A DNA stretch of 64,000 nucleotides from Candidatus Eiseniibacteriota bacterium (GCA_044223005.1 JBGAML010000001.1:256001-320000), one strand, 5' to 3'; shown: positions 1 through 9,903, counted from the first letter of the stretch. The notes: generated by a model from the sequence alone, not told the origin. Numbers and translations are program-made.

Positions 1-3
1 ACC

Positions 4-510
4 ATGCTGCTCGAGTTCGTCGTGATCCACTCCGCGGCGTTCATGGGCCAGATGCTCTTCAGCGACGGCGCCCCCGCGCGACGGGCGCTGCGCATCGTCG
101 GCCTGGGCGCGTTCTACACGCTGTTCGTGATCGGCTTCGCGCTCGGCTTCCACTCGTGGTGGCCGCTCGTCTCGTTCTGGCTGCTGACGCTGAACCGCAT
201 GACCGTCGTCTGGTTCCGCCCGGCGCCCGGCGCCCGCGAGCGCGAGATGCTCAACGCCACGTGGGCGGCGCACTGCCTCTGCTACCTCGCCGGCGTGTTC
301 GTCACGACCCCGTTCCCCGTCCCGCGGCTCGGCTTCACGCCTGCGTTCGTGAGCTCGCTCGCGCTGCCCGGGAGCGGACTGTGGATCCAGCAGCCCTGGC
401 GCGTGATCGCGTTCGGTGCGATCTACTTCGCGTCGGTCGCCGCGTTCGAACTCACGAACTACCGCTGGCTGATCCGCGCCGGCGCGAAGGCCGCGACACC
501 CGCCGCCTGA
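4..510 (+). CDS. Hypothetical multi-pass membrane protein (may be 5'-truncated by the window edge)
   Basis: 168-aa ORF with 4-5 hydrophobic segments and host-like codon usage, followed by a hairpin. Confidence 0.7.
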   Translation: MLLEFVVIHSAAFMGQMLFSDGAPARRALRIVGLGAFYTLFVIGFALGFHSWWPLVSFWLLTLNRMTVVWFRPAPGAREREMLNATWAAHCLCYLAGVFVTTPFPVPRLGFTPAFVSSLALPGSGLWIQQPWRVIAFGAIYFASVAAFELTNYRWLIRAGAKAATPAA

Positions 511-515
511 TCCGC

Positions 516-540
516 GCGCCGTCCACGCCGTGGACGGCGC
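516..540 (+). terminator. GC-rich hairpin after the stop codon (possible intrinsic terminator, no U-tract)
   Basis: Perfect 11-bp stem gcgccgtccac / gtggacggcgc with a 3-nt loop. Confidence 0.45.
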
Positions 541-711
541 TCCCGCGCGTACACGACGCGTCCCCGCGATCCGCGCACGCGCGCTCCGTCGACACCGGCG
601 TACACGCGTTCGCGCCCCGCGTTTCCGGATGCGGATTGTCTTGACGCCGCCGCAGCGCGCTCGCATGGTGCGCGCGCCCTGCCTCCGGGGTGACGAGGGG
701 AGGTGAGGTTC

Positions 712-1077
712 ATGAAGCAGGGTCGCATGCTCCTCCTGCTGGCGCTGGCCGCCGCGTTCGTCGCGACGGCGTTGCCGCAGGCGCCGGCGACGGCCGCGAC
801 GCGTCACGCGTCCGCGGCATCGACGAGCGCGCCGAAGAAGGGCGCGTCGCTCCGTCAGTTCACGGGTGTCGTCACGGCCGTCGACAAGAGCTCGCTCACC
901 GTGCAGAAGAGCGGCCGCGAAGCACGCAGCATGGTGTTCGCGCGGCTGCCCGAGACGCGCACGACGGGCGAGATCGAGAAGGACGCCCGCGTCACGGTGT
1001 GGTACCGCGACGAAGGCGGCCATCCGGTCGCGCACCGCGTGGTCGTGAAGACCGCGACGCGCGGGGCGGAAGGCTGA
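712..1077 (+). CDS. Small secreted protein with an OB-fold-like beta domain
   Basis: GGAGGT RBS before ATG 712; signal peptide; FTGVVTAVDKSSLTV...VTVWY...AHRVVV strand pattern. Confidence 0.75.
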   Translation: MKQGRMLLLLALAAAFVATALPQAPATAATRHASAASTSAPKKGASLRQFTGVVTAVDKSSLTVQKSGREARSMVFARLPETRTTGEIEKDARVTVWYRDEGGHPVAHRVVVKTATRGAEG

Positions 1078-1137
1078 GCCAGGACGCACGCGGGCCGGGC
1101 GCGGCGAGGGCGCCCGGCCCGCGATGCGTGCGGCGCG

Positions 1138-1761
1138 TCAGCGGTGGAGCACCAGCCCCGCGCGGAAGGCGTCGGTGCGCAGCGCGCCGGCGGCCGTGTC
1201 CAGCCAGCGGGAGGTCCAGCCGAGGTCGAGATCCGCGAGTGCGAGCCCGGAGGGAACTCGTATGCCGGCCGCGGCTGCGACGACCGGATGGGCGGAGCGG
1301 CCACCGCCGGCCGTCGAAACCGTCGGCGGGAATCGCGACGAATCCTCCCAGCGCGTGGAGCCCTGCCGAAGCCAGCCCACGCCTCCCGCGAGCCCGGCGT
1401 AGCCCGAGAGCACGCGGTGCGATGGCAGCGCCGCGTGCGCCTCGAACCCGAGCTGCGCGGTCGTGAGTCCGAAGGGTTCCGAGCCGAGCCACCGAACCTC
1501 GGGAATCGTTACCCAACCGCCGCCGGTGGCGAACCGGTCGTGCGAGACGCCCGCGATCAGGCGCACGGCCGGCGCGACCGCGTAGCCGAGCGCCACGTCG
1601 AACGTCGAGCCGTCGACCGGCATCCCGGCGCCGGCCGAGGAGACGAGCGTCGGGTGGCTGGCGCCGCCGGAGACGCGAAGGGACCATTCGCCTGGCGTCG
1701 AAGCCGCGACCGGAATCGACGCGGTGAGTAGAAGGACGAGAACGGGCAGGTGAATCCGCAT
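1138..1761 (-). CDS. Outer-membrane beta-barrel protein (small, OmpA/OmpW-like)
   Basis: GGAGGAGG RBS before ATG (MRIHLPVLVLLL signal peptide); alternating amphipathic strands; C-terminal strand FRAGLVLHR. Confidence 0.65.
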   Translation of the reverse strand: MRIHLPVLVLLLTASIPVAASTPGEWSLRVSGGASHPTLVSSAGAGMPVDGSTFDVALGYAVAPAVRLIAGVSHDRFATGGGWVTIPEVRWLGSEPFGLTTAQLGFEAHAALPSHRVLSGYAGLAGGVGWLRQGSTRWEDSSRFPPTVSTAGGGRSAHPVVAAAAGIRVPSGLALADLDLGWTSRWLDTAAGALRTDAFRAGLVLHR

Positions 1762-1891
1762 GGATCGGCCTCCTCCAGCAAAGTGCCGTCGTCGCCGACG
1801 CGGAGCGCGGCGAACCGGCGGTGGCCCGGTCGGCGTACCGGTTCCTACCCGCGGCCGCCGGTGCGGGTTCCCTCGGCGGGCGTCCGGCGCG

Positions 1892-2692
1892 TCAATCCGC
1901 GGGCGCGAGGACCTGCGCCAGGCGGCTCCGCAGCGCCTGCACCATGGCTCGCGTCTCGGTGTCCGGCTCCACGCCGAGCTGGTGCTCCAGCTCGTGCTCG
2001 AGCGCGCGCAGGTGCTGCAGCGCCGCGGCCGGGCGCCCGGCGCGCTCGTAGAGCCGCGCGCACTCGCGGTGCGCGTCCTCGTCGAGCGGGTCGATCCGCA
2101 CCCGGCGCCAGGCACACTCGAACGCTTCGCCGAGCTCGCCCACGGCCTCGTGGTGCCGCACGAGCTCGTGCAGCGCGGCATCGCACTCGGCGGAGATCCG
2201 CTCGCGCGACGCCACGGCCCAGTCGTACGCGAGCCCCGGCAGCAGCGGCGCGTTCGCGATCGTGACGGCGCGCTGCAGGTGCGCGATGCGGGCGTCGCCG
2301 TGCGAGGTGTGCGCGTCGTGCAGCGCCTGCTCGAACTCGCCGACGTCGGTGACGAGGTGTTCGCGGTCGAGCCACACGGTCTCGCGGCTCGCGAACACGA
2401 ACTCGCACTCGTGCGGGGACTCGAGTCGGCGACGCAGTTCGGAGAGCGACTGGCTCAGGTTCTGGCGGCCGGCCGCGGGCTCCGCTCCGGGCCAGAGCAT
2501 GTCGATCAACTCGTCGCGCCGGTGCGCGCGCGGGTTGAGCGCCAGCCGCGCAAGCAGTATCGCGGCGCGGCGAGTACGGAACTCGCTCACGACCGTGCGC
2601 CCGCGGCGCGCGCGAATACCCCCCAACAGTTCGATGCGCCACGGTGCCGTCCGCGGGGTTCCGCCCGATTCGGCGGGAGAGCGGTGGACCAT
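1892..2692 (-). CDS. SARP-like transcriptional regulator (wHTH + BTAD domain)
   Basis: WRIELLGG, LLARLAL, RDELIDMLWP, NLSQSLSELRR, TDVGEFE and IDPLDEDAHR...GVEP are BTAD-family motifs. Start codon uncertain. Confidence 0.85.
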   Translation of the reverse strand: MVHRSPAESGGTPRTAPWRIELLGGIRARRGRTVVSEFRTRRAAILLARLALNPRAHRRDELIDMLWPGAEPAAGRQNLSQSLSELRRRLESPHECEFVFASRETVWLDREHLVTDVGEFEQALHDAHTSHGDARIAHLQRAVTIANAPLLPGLAYDWAVASRERISAECDAALHELVRHHEAVGELGEAFECAWRRVRIDPLDEDAHRECARLYERAGRPAAALQHLRALEHELEHQLGVEPDTETRAMVQALRSRLAQVLAPAD

Positions 2693-2794
2693 GACGGCGC
2701 CATCATACCGCCCACGCGAACACGGCACCGCGATTTCGCGCGAATATCGGCTGGTGAGAGAACGGCGCGCGTGGGGCGCGCCGTTCTCCGCCCG

Positions 2795-5700
2795 TCACAC
2801 GGCCGTCGAGCGTGCGCGCTCGCGCTTCCACTGCGACCAACGCCAGTACGTGTACACGACCGGAATGATTTCGAGCGTGAGGAACGCCGACGTGAAGAGC
2901 CCGCCCACCATCGGCGCCGCGACGCGCTTCATGACGTCCGCGCCCGCCCCGTGTGACCACAGCAGCGGTACGAGCCCGATCATCATGGTCGCGACCGTCA
3001 TCAGCTTGGGCCGCACGCGCTGCACGGAACCCTCCAGCGTCGCCTCCACGATGTCGTCCAGCCCGCGGATGCGGCCTTCGCGCTTCCAACGCAGGTAGGC
3101 CGCGTCGCAATAGACGAGCATGACCACGCCGGTCTGCGCCGCGAGCCCCACGAGCGCGATGATGCCGACCCAGGTCGCGGTCGAGAGGTTGTCGTGGCGG
3201 ATCGCCATGAGCCACACGCTGCCCACGAGCGCGAACGGTACCGACGCGAGCACGATCAGCGCCGGGACGAGGCCGCCGAAGTTGAGGTACAGCAGCAGCA
3301 GCACGAGCACGAGCGTGAGCGGCACGAGCACGCGCATGCGCGCCTGCATCTCCTGCAGCAGCTCGTACTGCCCCGTCCACTTGAGGAAGTAGCCGGACGG
3401 TAGCCGCACGTCGCGCGCGACGGCGCGCTTGGCGGCGTCGACGTACGAGCCGATGTCCTTGCGGCCCGCGTCCATGTCGACGTAGACGTAACCGGTCAGC
3501 ATCCCGCCCTCGTCGCGGATCATCGGCGGCCCGCCGGCGATGCGGATCTGCGCGACCTGGCCGAGCGGCACGTGCGGCCCGCTCGGCTCGACCCACGGCA
3601 CGGCGCTCGTCGCGTCGGTGGGGCCCGGCGGCAGTTCGTTGCCCCGGCCCGCCACGCCGCCCATGCCGGCGCTCCCGCCCATGCCGGCGCCGGAACCGCC
3701 GCCCATCGGCGGATCGCCGTCCATGTCGGACGTTCCCGCCGAGGCGAGCCACGCATCGCGATCGATGCGCGCCGGACCACCCGGTGCCGCGTCACTCATG
3801 CCGCCGCCGGAGGCCGCAGCTTCGCCGTGCAGCGGCACGAGCACGTGCTTGAGCCGCTCGACGTCCTGCCGCAGCGCGCGCGGATAGCGGACGCTGATCG
3901 TGAACCGGTCGCGACCCTCCACCGTGGTCTCGATCGGCTGCCCGCCCACCGCGGCCTCGATCACGTCCTGCACCTCGCCGAGCGTCAATCCGTAGCGCGC
4001 GAGCGCCGCGCGGTCGGGAACGATGTCGAGGTAGAACCCGCCCGTGTTGCGATCCGAGTAGACGCTGCGCGTGTCGGGCAGGCGCGAGAGCGTGTGCTCG
4101 AGGTCCAGGCCGATCCGCTCGATCGTGTCGAGGCTCGCGCCGAACACTTTCACGCCGATCGGCGTGCGGATGCCGGTCGAGAGCATGTCGATGCGCGTCT
4201 TGATCGGCAGCGTCCACGCGTTGGTCCAGCCCGGCAGCTGCACGACGCGGTTCAGCTCCTCGGTCAGCTCGGCGTTCGTCATGCGGTGCCGGTCCGGCCA
4301 CAGCGGCCGGAACACGGGCTTCAACCACCCCGGCGCCCACGCGGAGTACCAGCGCGTCGTCTCCACCATGCGCCACTGGTCGCGAGGCTTCAGCTGCACG
4401 ACCGTCTCGGCCATCGAGAGCGGCGCGGGATCCGTCGCGGTCTCCGCGCGGCCCGCCTTGCCGAACACCGTCGCGACCTCGGGCACCGAACGGATCAGCC
4501 GGTCCTGCACCTGCAGCGAGCGCTTGGCCTCCTCGATCGAAATGTTGGGCAGCGTCGTCGGCATGTAGAGCAGGTCACCCTCGTCCAGCGCCGGCATGAA
4601 CTCGTGCCCGAGCCGCAGCGCCATCGGCACCGTGGCGATCACCGCGAGCAGCCCGATCGCCAGCGTCGTGCGAGGGTTCTTGAGCGCCACCCAGGCGAAT
4701 GGGCGGTAGAGTCCGATCACCGCGCGCGAGACAGGATGGTCCGCCTCGTGCCGGATCTTGCCGCGCACGAACAGCGTCATGAGCGCCGGTGCCAGCGTCA
4801 CCGAAACGAGCGCCGCGAACGCCATCGCGAACGTCTTGGTGTACGCGAGCGGCTTGAACAGCCGGCCGGCCTGGCCGTTCAGCCCGAAGATCGGCAGGAA
4901 CGCCACCGTGATGACGAGCAGCGAGAAGAAGATCGGCGGTCCGACCTCCTTCGCGGCGTCGACGATCACGCGCTTGCGGTCGGCGCCCGGGGGCGCCGTC
5001 TCGAGGTGCTTGTGCGCGTTCTCGACCAATACGATCGCCGCGTCGACCATGGCGCCGATCGCAATCGCGATGCCGCCGAGGCTCATGATGTTCGAGTTCA
5101 CACCGAGCAGCAGCATGGGCACGAAGGCGAGCCCGACCGCGACGGGCAGCGCGAGCACCGGCACCAGCGTGCTGCGGACGTGCAGGAGGAACAGCAGGAT
5201 CACGAGCGCGACGACGATCGCCTCCTCCAGCAGCGTATGCCTCAGGGTGCCGATCGCCCGCCGGATCAGCTGTGAGCGATCGTAGACGACCTTCACCTCG
5301 ACGCCGGGCGGCAGCGAGGGTTTCAGCTCGTCGAGCTTCTGCTTCACGCGCTCGATCACCGCGAGCGCGTTCTCGCCGTAGCGCATCACCACCGTGCCGC
5401 CGACGGCCTCGCCCTCGCCGTCCAGCTCCGAGAGGCCGCGGCGGATGTCGGGCCCGAACGACACGGTGCCCACGTCGCCGACGCGGATGGGCGTCCCGGT
5501 GCGCCGGTCGACGCCGAGCGCGACCTGCCGCAGGTCGTCGAGGCTGCGGACGTAGCCGCGGCCGCGCACGAAGTACTCGCGCCCCGACATCTCGATCACG
5601 CGGCCGCCGACATCGGCGTTGCTGCGCCGGATGGCGTTGGTGACGCTGGCGAGCGAGAGCCCGTACGCGTGCAGGTGATCCGGGTCGACCTCGACCTGGT

Positions 5701-6259
5701 ACTGCTTCTGGTAGCCGCCGACCGACGCGACCTCCGCGACGCCCGGTACGCTGGCGAGCGCGTAGCGCAGGTGGAAGTCCTGGTACGTGCGCAGGTCGGC
5801 GAGGTCGTGCTGGCCCGAACGGTCGACCAGCGCGTACTGGAAGATCCAGCCGACCGAGGTCGCGTCCGGCCCGATCTGCGGGTTGACGCCCGCGGGCAGG
5901 CGCGAGCGGATGCTGCTCATGTACTCGAGCACGCGGCTGCGCGCCCAGTAGAGGTCGGTGCCCTCGCGGAACACCACGTAGACGAAGCTCATGCCGAACA
6001 TCGACTGCCCGCGCACGGCCTCGACGCGTGGGGCGCCGAGCAGCGACGACACGATCGGGTACGTGACCTGGTCCTCGACCAGGTCCGGGCTCCGCCCCAT
6101 CCACTCGGTGAACACGATCACCTGCGGATCGGAGAGGTCCGGGATCGCGTCGAGCGGCACGTGGCGAATGGCGACGACCGAGCCCGCGACGACGGCGATC
6201 GTCGCGAGGAACACGAGTACGCGGTGCGTCGCGCACCATTCGATGACGCGGCCGATCAC
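2795..6259 (-). CDS. cusA: CusA/CzcA-family heavy-metal RND efflux permease
   Basis: DAIPDLSDPQVIVFTEW, IGPDATSVGW, NIMSLGGIAIAIGAMVDAAIVLVEN and RVRPKLMTV motifs; GTG start overlaps the upstream stop (GTGA). Confidence 0.95.
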   Translation of the reverse strand: MIGRVIEWCATHRVLVFLATIAVVAGSVVAIRHVPLDAIPDLSDPQVIVFTEWMGRSPDLVEDQVTYPIVSSLLGAPRVEAVRGQSMFGMSFVYVVFREGTDLYWARSRVLEYMSSIRSRLPAGVNPQIGPDATSVGWIFQYALVDRSGQHDLADLRTYQDFHLRYALASVPGVAEVASVGGYQKQYQVEVDPDHLHAYGLSLASVTNAIRRSNADVGGRVIEMSGREYFVRGRGYVRSLDDLRQVALGVDRRTGTPIRVGDVGTVSFGPDIRRGLSELDGEGEAVGGTVVMRYGENALAVIERVKQKLDELKPSLPPGVEVKVVYDRSQLIRRAIGTLRHTLLEEAIVVALVILLFLLHVRSTLVPVLALPVAVGLAFVPMLLLGVNSNIMSLGGIAIAIGAMVDAAIVLVENAHKHLETAPPGADRKRVIVDAAKEVGPPIFFSLLVITVAFLPIFGLNGQAGRLFKPLAYTKTFAMAFAALVSVTLAPALMTLFVRGKIRHEADHPVSRAVIGLYRPFAWVALKNPRTTLAIGLLAVIATVPMALRLGHEFMPALDEGDLLYMPTTLPNISIEEAKRSLQVQDRLIRSVPEVATVFGKAGRAETATDPAPLSMAETVVQLKPRDQWRMVETTRWYSAWAPGWLKPVFRPLWPDRHRMTNAELTEELNRVVQLPGWTNAWTLPIKTRIDMLSTGIRTPIGVKVFGASLDTIERIGLDLEHTLSRLPDTRSVYSDRNTGGFYLDIVPDRAALARYGLTLGEVQDVIEAAVGGQPIETTVEGRDRFTISVRYPRALRQDVERLKHVLVPLHGEAAASGGGMSDAAPGGPARIDRDAWLASAGTSDMDGDPPMGGGSGAGMGGSAGMGGVAGRGNELPPGPTDATSAVPWVEPSGPHVPLGQVAQIRIAGGPPMIRDEGGMLTGYVYVDMDAGRKDIGSYVDAAKRAVARDVRLPSGYFLKWTGQYELLQEMQARMRVLVPLTLVLVLLLLYLNFGGLVPALIVLASVPFALVGSVWLMAIRHDNLSTATWVGIIALVGLAAQTGVVMLVYCDAAYLRWKREGRIRGLDDIVEATLEGSVQRVRPKLMTVATMMIGLVPLLWSHGAGADVMKRVAAPMVGGLFTSAFLTLEIIPVVYTYWRWSQWKRERARSTAV

Positions 6260-7605
6260 GGCGTCCTCCCCTGCCCGGCGTCCATGCCGGTCGAGCCCAC
6301 GGCCGCGCCCATGCCGGCGATCGCCGCCTGCAGCCGGCTCTCCGAATCGATCAGGAACGACGCGCTCGCGACCACGGTGTCGCCCTCGGCCACGCCGCGC
6401 AGGATCGTCACGCGCTCGCCGGCCGAGGTGCCTGGGAACACCTCGCGCGGCTCGAAGCGCCCGCCCGCGTGCGCGAGGAACACGTATGCGTGATCGCCCG
6501 TGCGGATCACCGCCTCGTCGGGCACGGTGAGCGCGGGGCGCCCCGGCGCGGCCACGCGCACGCGGCCGTACATGCCGGGCCGCAGCACGCCGTCGGGGTT
6601 GGCGAGCGAGAGCCGCGCCTTGAGCGTGCGCGTCTGGTCGGAGACGGTCGGGTACACGAACTCGATCCGGCCCGTGAACTCGCGCCCGGGATACGCGTCG
6701 ACGACGAGGCGCGCCGCGTCGCCCACCTTCACGCGCGCCGCGTCCATCTCGTAGAGGTCGGCGAGCACCCACACGCGCGAGAGGTCCGCCAGCGTGAGCA
6801 GCGGCGTGTCGGCGCCGACGTACTGGCCGGCCACTGCGCCGCGCTCGAGCACGGTGCCCGACACCGGGGCGCGCAGCACCACCTGCTTCGCTGCCGTGCC
6901 CTCGTGGTCGAGCCGGTGGATCTCCTCCTCCGGCACGCCCTGGAGCCGCAGCCGCTCAGCGCCCGCGGACGTCGCGTCGGAGGCGGTCATGCCCGCCATG
7001 CCCGCACCGCCGCCACCCCTTGCGATCAGGTACTCCTGCTCCGACGCGTAGAGCTCGGGGCTGTAGATCGCGAGCAGCGGCTGGTCCCGCCGCACGGATT
7101 CGCCCGTCTGGTTCACGTACAGCTCGCGGATCCAGCCCGGCACGCGCAGCTGCACGCGGCGCAGGCGCGTCTCGTCGGGGGTCACGAAGCCCACCAGGTC
7201 GAGCGCGTCGCCCAGCGAGCCGCGCTCGACGCGCGCGGTGCGCACGCCGATGCGCTGGATGCGCTCCGGCGTGATCTCGACGGTCGTGAGCCCGGGGACA
7301 CCGCCGGCGGCCGGCGGCTCGGCCGCCCTGCGTTCGACGGGCACGAGCTTCATGCCGCAGATGGCGCACTCGCCGGGCTGGTGCGACGTGACGCTCGGGT
7401 GCATCGGGCACGTCCAGAGCGTGGCCGCTTCCGCGCTCGCGCCGGCGTGCCGCGCGCGCTTCACGATCACGTAGCCGGCGACGCTCGCGACCGCGAGCAC
7501 GACGAGCCCCGCCAGCAGCAGCACGCGGACCACGTTCATGGCCGCGGCCCCGGGCGGCGGCTGGTGCATTCCGCCTGCAGGCGTCGGTTCGTGGGGAGCG
7601 TTCAT
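6256..7605 (-). CDS. cusB: CusB-family RND periplasmic adaptor with a heavy-metal-binding domain
   Basis: WTCPMHP...CAICGMKL domain; YSPELY, LADLSRVWV, IEFVYPTV and LRPGMYG motifs; ATGA overlap with the TolC stop. Confidence 0.92.
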   Translation of the reverse strand: MNAPHEPTPAGGMHQPPPGAAAMNVVRVLLLAGLVVLAVASVAGYVIVKRARHAGASAEAATLWTCPMHPSVTSHQPGECAICGMKLVPVERRAAEPPAAGGVPGLTTVEITPERIQRIGVRTARVERGSLGDALDLVGFVTPDETRLRRVQLRVPGWIRELYVNQTGESVRRDQPLLAIYSPELYASEQEYLIARGGGGAGMAGMTASDATSAGAERLRLQGVPEEEIHRLDHEGTAAKQVVLRAPVSGTVLERGAVAGQYVGADTPLLTLADLSRVWVLADLYEMDAARVKVGDAARLVVDAYPGREFTGRIEFVYPTVSDQTRTLKARLSLANPDGVLRPGMYGRVRVAAPGRPALTVPDEAVIRTGDHAYVFLAHAGGRFEPREVFPGTSAGERVTILRGVAEGDTVVASASFLIDSESRLQAAIAGMGAAVGSTGMDAGQGRTP

Positions 7606-8897
7606 CGGGCGACCTCCGTGGCGACGGGCGCGGGAGCACCGAAACGGTCTCCGCGCGCGGTGACGGTGAGCAGCTCGCCCTCGGTGTGCGCGAGTTCCGC
7701 GCGCGACCGGGTGAGCGCGAGTTCCTGGGCGTAGAGCACGTGCATGGCATCGAGCACGCGCCCGAGATCCGCGGTCCCCGCGCGGTACGAGGCGCGCGTC
7801 GCCTCGAGCGCGCGCGACTGCGCGACCACCACCGTGTCCGCGAGCAGCGCGACCGTGCGGCGGCCGGCGAGCGCGCGGGCGTGGAGCGACGTCACACGCT
7901 GCGCGAGGTCGAGCGCGGCGGCGCGGCGTTCGTCGCCGCGGGCGCGCGCCATGGCGTCCATTTCGGCGCCCTGCGCGCGTTCGCGGCTGCCGGCGAAGAC
8001 GGGCAGCATCAGCCCGACGGTCGCCGACCACATGTCGTCGAGCTTCTGGTCCATGATCGTGCCGCGCATGCCGTACGACACGCCGAGCTGCAGGTCCGGC
8101 CACGCCATGCGCCGCATCGCGCGCGCCGAGATCGCGTCGCGATCGGCCTCCGCCTGCAGTGCGCGCAGGCGCGGATGCGGTGCGTCCGCGGTCCACTCCG
8201 CCGCCGTCGCCGGCAGCGTCACGTCGGGTGGCGCCGCGAGCGTGTCGGGCGCGCCGCCGGGGTCGCGGCCCATCACCGCCGCGAGCCGCGCGTGCGCGTC
8301 GCGCGCTTCGGCCTCGAGTCCCGCAGCCTCGGCGAGCGTCGCGGCGCGTTCGGCCTCGGCGCGCAGCACGTCCTCCAGCCGGCCACCGCCCGAGGCGTAG
8401 CGCGCCTTCGCCGCAGCGAGCATCTGGTCCATTTCGTCCTGGTGCGACGTCGCCATGGCGACGCGGACGTCGGCCCAGTAGGCGTCGGCGTAGGTGCCCC
8501 ACGCCATGCCGAGCGCCTCCCAGTGGGCGTCCTCGGCGTTCGCGCGCGCGGCGGCCCAGCCGGACTCGGCGGCGCGGCGGCGCAGGCCGTTCGCGCCGGA
8601 GACCGGCAGCGCCTGCTGCAGGCCGACCATGCGCATGGTCATCGGGTCCATGTCGAAGCGGCCGCCGGGTGGCACGTTGAGCGCGCCCAGCTCGAGCATC
8701 GGCGCGGACCACGCGCCGGCGGGCGCGATGCGCTCGCGCGCTGCCGCGGCCATTTCGCGGCGCATCGCGAGCATCGGGTTGCGCGCCGCGACCTCGTCCA
8801 GCACTTCGCGCAGCGTCAGCGCGCGCGCAGCGGGCGCGGCGGCGAGGCACGCGAGTAGTGCGAGCGCGAACGCACGCGACGGATGACGGCTCTCCAT
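7602..8897 (-). CDS. TolC/CusC-family outer-membrane efflux protein
   Basis: Signal peptide, LTLREVLDEVAARNP and ASYRAGTADLGRVLDA; Met-rich loops (FDMDPMTMRM); first structural gene of the RND operon; GAGGAG RBS. Confidence 0.9.
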   Translation of the reverse strand: MESRHPSRAFALALLACLAAAPAARALTLREVLDEVAARNPMLAMRREMAAAARERIAPAGAWSAPMLELGALNVPPGGRFDMDPMTMRMVGLQQALPVSGANGLRRRAAESGWAAARANAEDAHWEALGMAWGTYADAYWADVRVAMATSHQDEMDQMLAAAKARYASGGGRLEDVLRAEAERAATLAEAAGLEAEARDAHARLAAVMGRDPGGAPDTLAAPPDVTLPATAAEWTADAPHPRLRALQAEADRDAISARAMRRMAWPDLQLGVSYGMRGTIMDQKLDDMWSATVGLMLPVFAGSRERAQGAEMDAMARARGDERRAAALDLAQRVTSLHARALAGRRTVALLADTVVVAQSRALEATRASYRAGTADLGRVLDAMHVLYAQELALTRSRAELAHTEGELLTVTARGDRFGAPAPVATEVAR

Positions 8898-9017
8898 CTC
8901 GGGATCTCCTCGGAATCGCCATGGGCGGCCGGGCACGGTGCCCGGGCGCGACGGACGTCACCGCGCGCGTTCACGCGAACGCGGCGGGCGAGCCTTCCGG
9001 GCGTGGGCCCGGGGCCG

Positions 9018-9413
9018 TCAGGCGAGCGGAGGAGCGCGGGTGCCGGCCGCGGCGGCCGGCGGCGCGACCGGAGGTCGCGAATCGTCGCCGGGCGGCGACG
9101 GGGCGTGCGCGGCGGCGGGCTCGAGCACGAGGCTCGGCGCCAGGACGCCGGCCTGCAGCGCGTACGTGGACGTCGACGCGGGCGCGTCGAGTTCGGGCGC
9201 GTGGGGCAACGCGATCGAGATGCAGCACGGCCGGCCGCACTCGTGCACCGGAGCCTTCGCGCCGTGCGCGGTCTTCGCGGCCGCCGCGGCGCAGCAGGGA
9301 TGCATCGCCACCGGCTTCTGCGGCGCACAGTCCACGAGCATGCACAGCGGGCTGCCGAGAAGAATCGACAGCAGGCTCGTGAGTGCGACGACGCGGAGCA
9401 GGTGCGAACGCAT
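9018..9413 (-). CDS. Small exported Cys/His-rich protein with a C-terminal RAPP motif (DUF2946/CruR/CutF-like leader)
   Basis: GAGG RBS; hydrophobic N-terminus; CMLVDC, HPCC and HECGRPCC; ends GTRAPPLA; lies directly upstream of cusCBA. Confidence 0.75.
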   Translation of the reverse strand: MRSHLLRVVALTSLLSILLGSPLCMLVDCAPQKPVAMHPCCAAAAAKTAHGAKAPVHECGRPCCISIALPHAPELDAPASTSTYALQAGVLAPSLVLEPAAAHAPSPPGDDSRPPVAPPAAAAGTRAPPLA

Positions 9414-9672
9414 GGCATCCTCGGGTGGTACGGCCGTGCCGGGTGCGTTCCCCAGCATCACGAGCATAGCCCAACCGGGGCGGCGCAGCGTGTCAGGCCG
9501 CCGACAGGTCTTCCCGGGTTATCGGCGGGCCGAAAGGCCCGCTGCACGCGCGGGCCGCGAACCGCGGGAGGCCGCGCGGGCCGCGCCCGCCGCGGCCGGG
9601 CGGCTGGCCGCTCCTCGATCCGTTGGGTAGGCTCGCGGGAACGTCACCTCACCTCCACCCGGACGGCTCCCC

Positions 9673-9903
9673 ATGCGCATCCTCCGCACGCTGATCGTGT
9701 TCATCGTTCTCGGCCTGCTCGCGGTCTTCGTCTGGCCGACGCAGTTCCGGTACGACCACATGACCGTGGACGGCAACATCGTCCCCGTGCGGATCGATCG
9801 CTTCAACGGCGACGCCGACATGCTCGTGCCGGACGAAGGCTGGATCCCCGTCGAGGGCACCGACTCGGGCGGTGGCGACGCCCCCGCCGCGAGGCGCATG
9901 TGA
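9673..9903 (+). CDS. Small membrane-anchored hypothetical protein
   Basis: N-terminal TM helix, then VRIDRFNG...GW; its stop overlaps the next GTG start. Confidence 0.7.
   Translation: MRILRTLIVFIVLGLLAVFVWPTQFRYDHMTVDGNIVPVRIDRFNGDADMLVPDEGWIPVEGTDSGGGDAPAARRM

Noticed and set aside
6256..8961. Long N-terminal extensions on cusB, and likewise on cusA, the cytochrome, pmbA, emrB and the kinases
   Set aside because: These are stop-poor frames typical of high-GC DNA. True starts are marked by ATGA/GTGA overlaps and RBSs.
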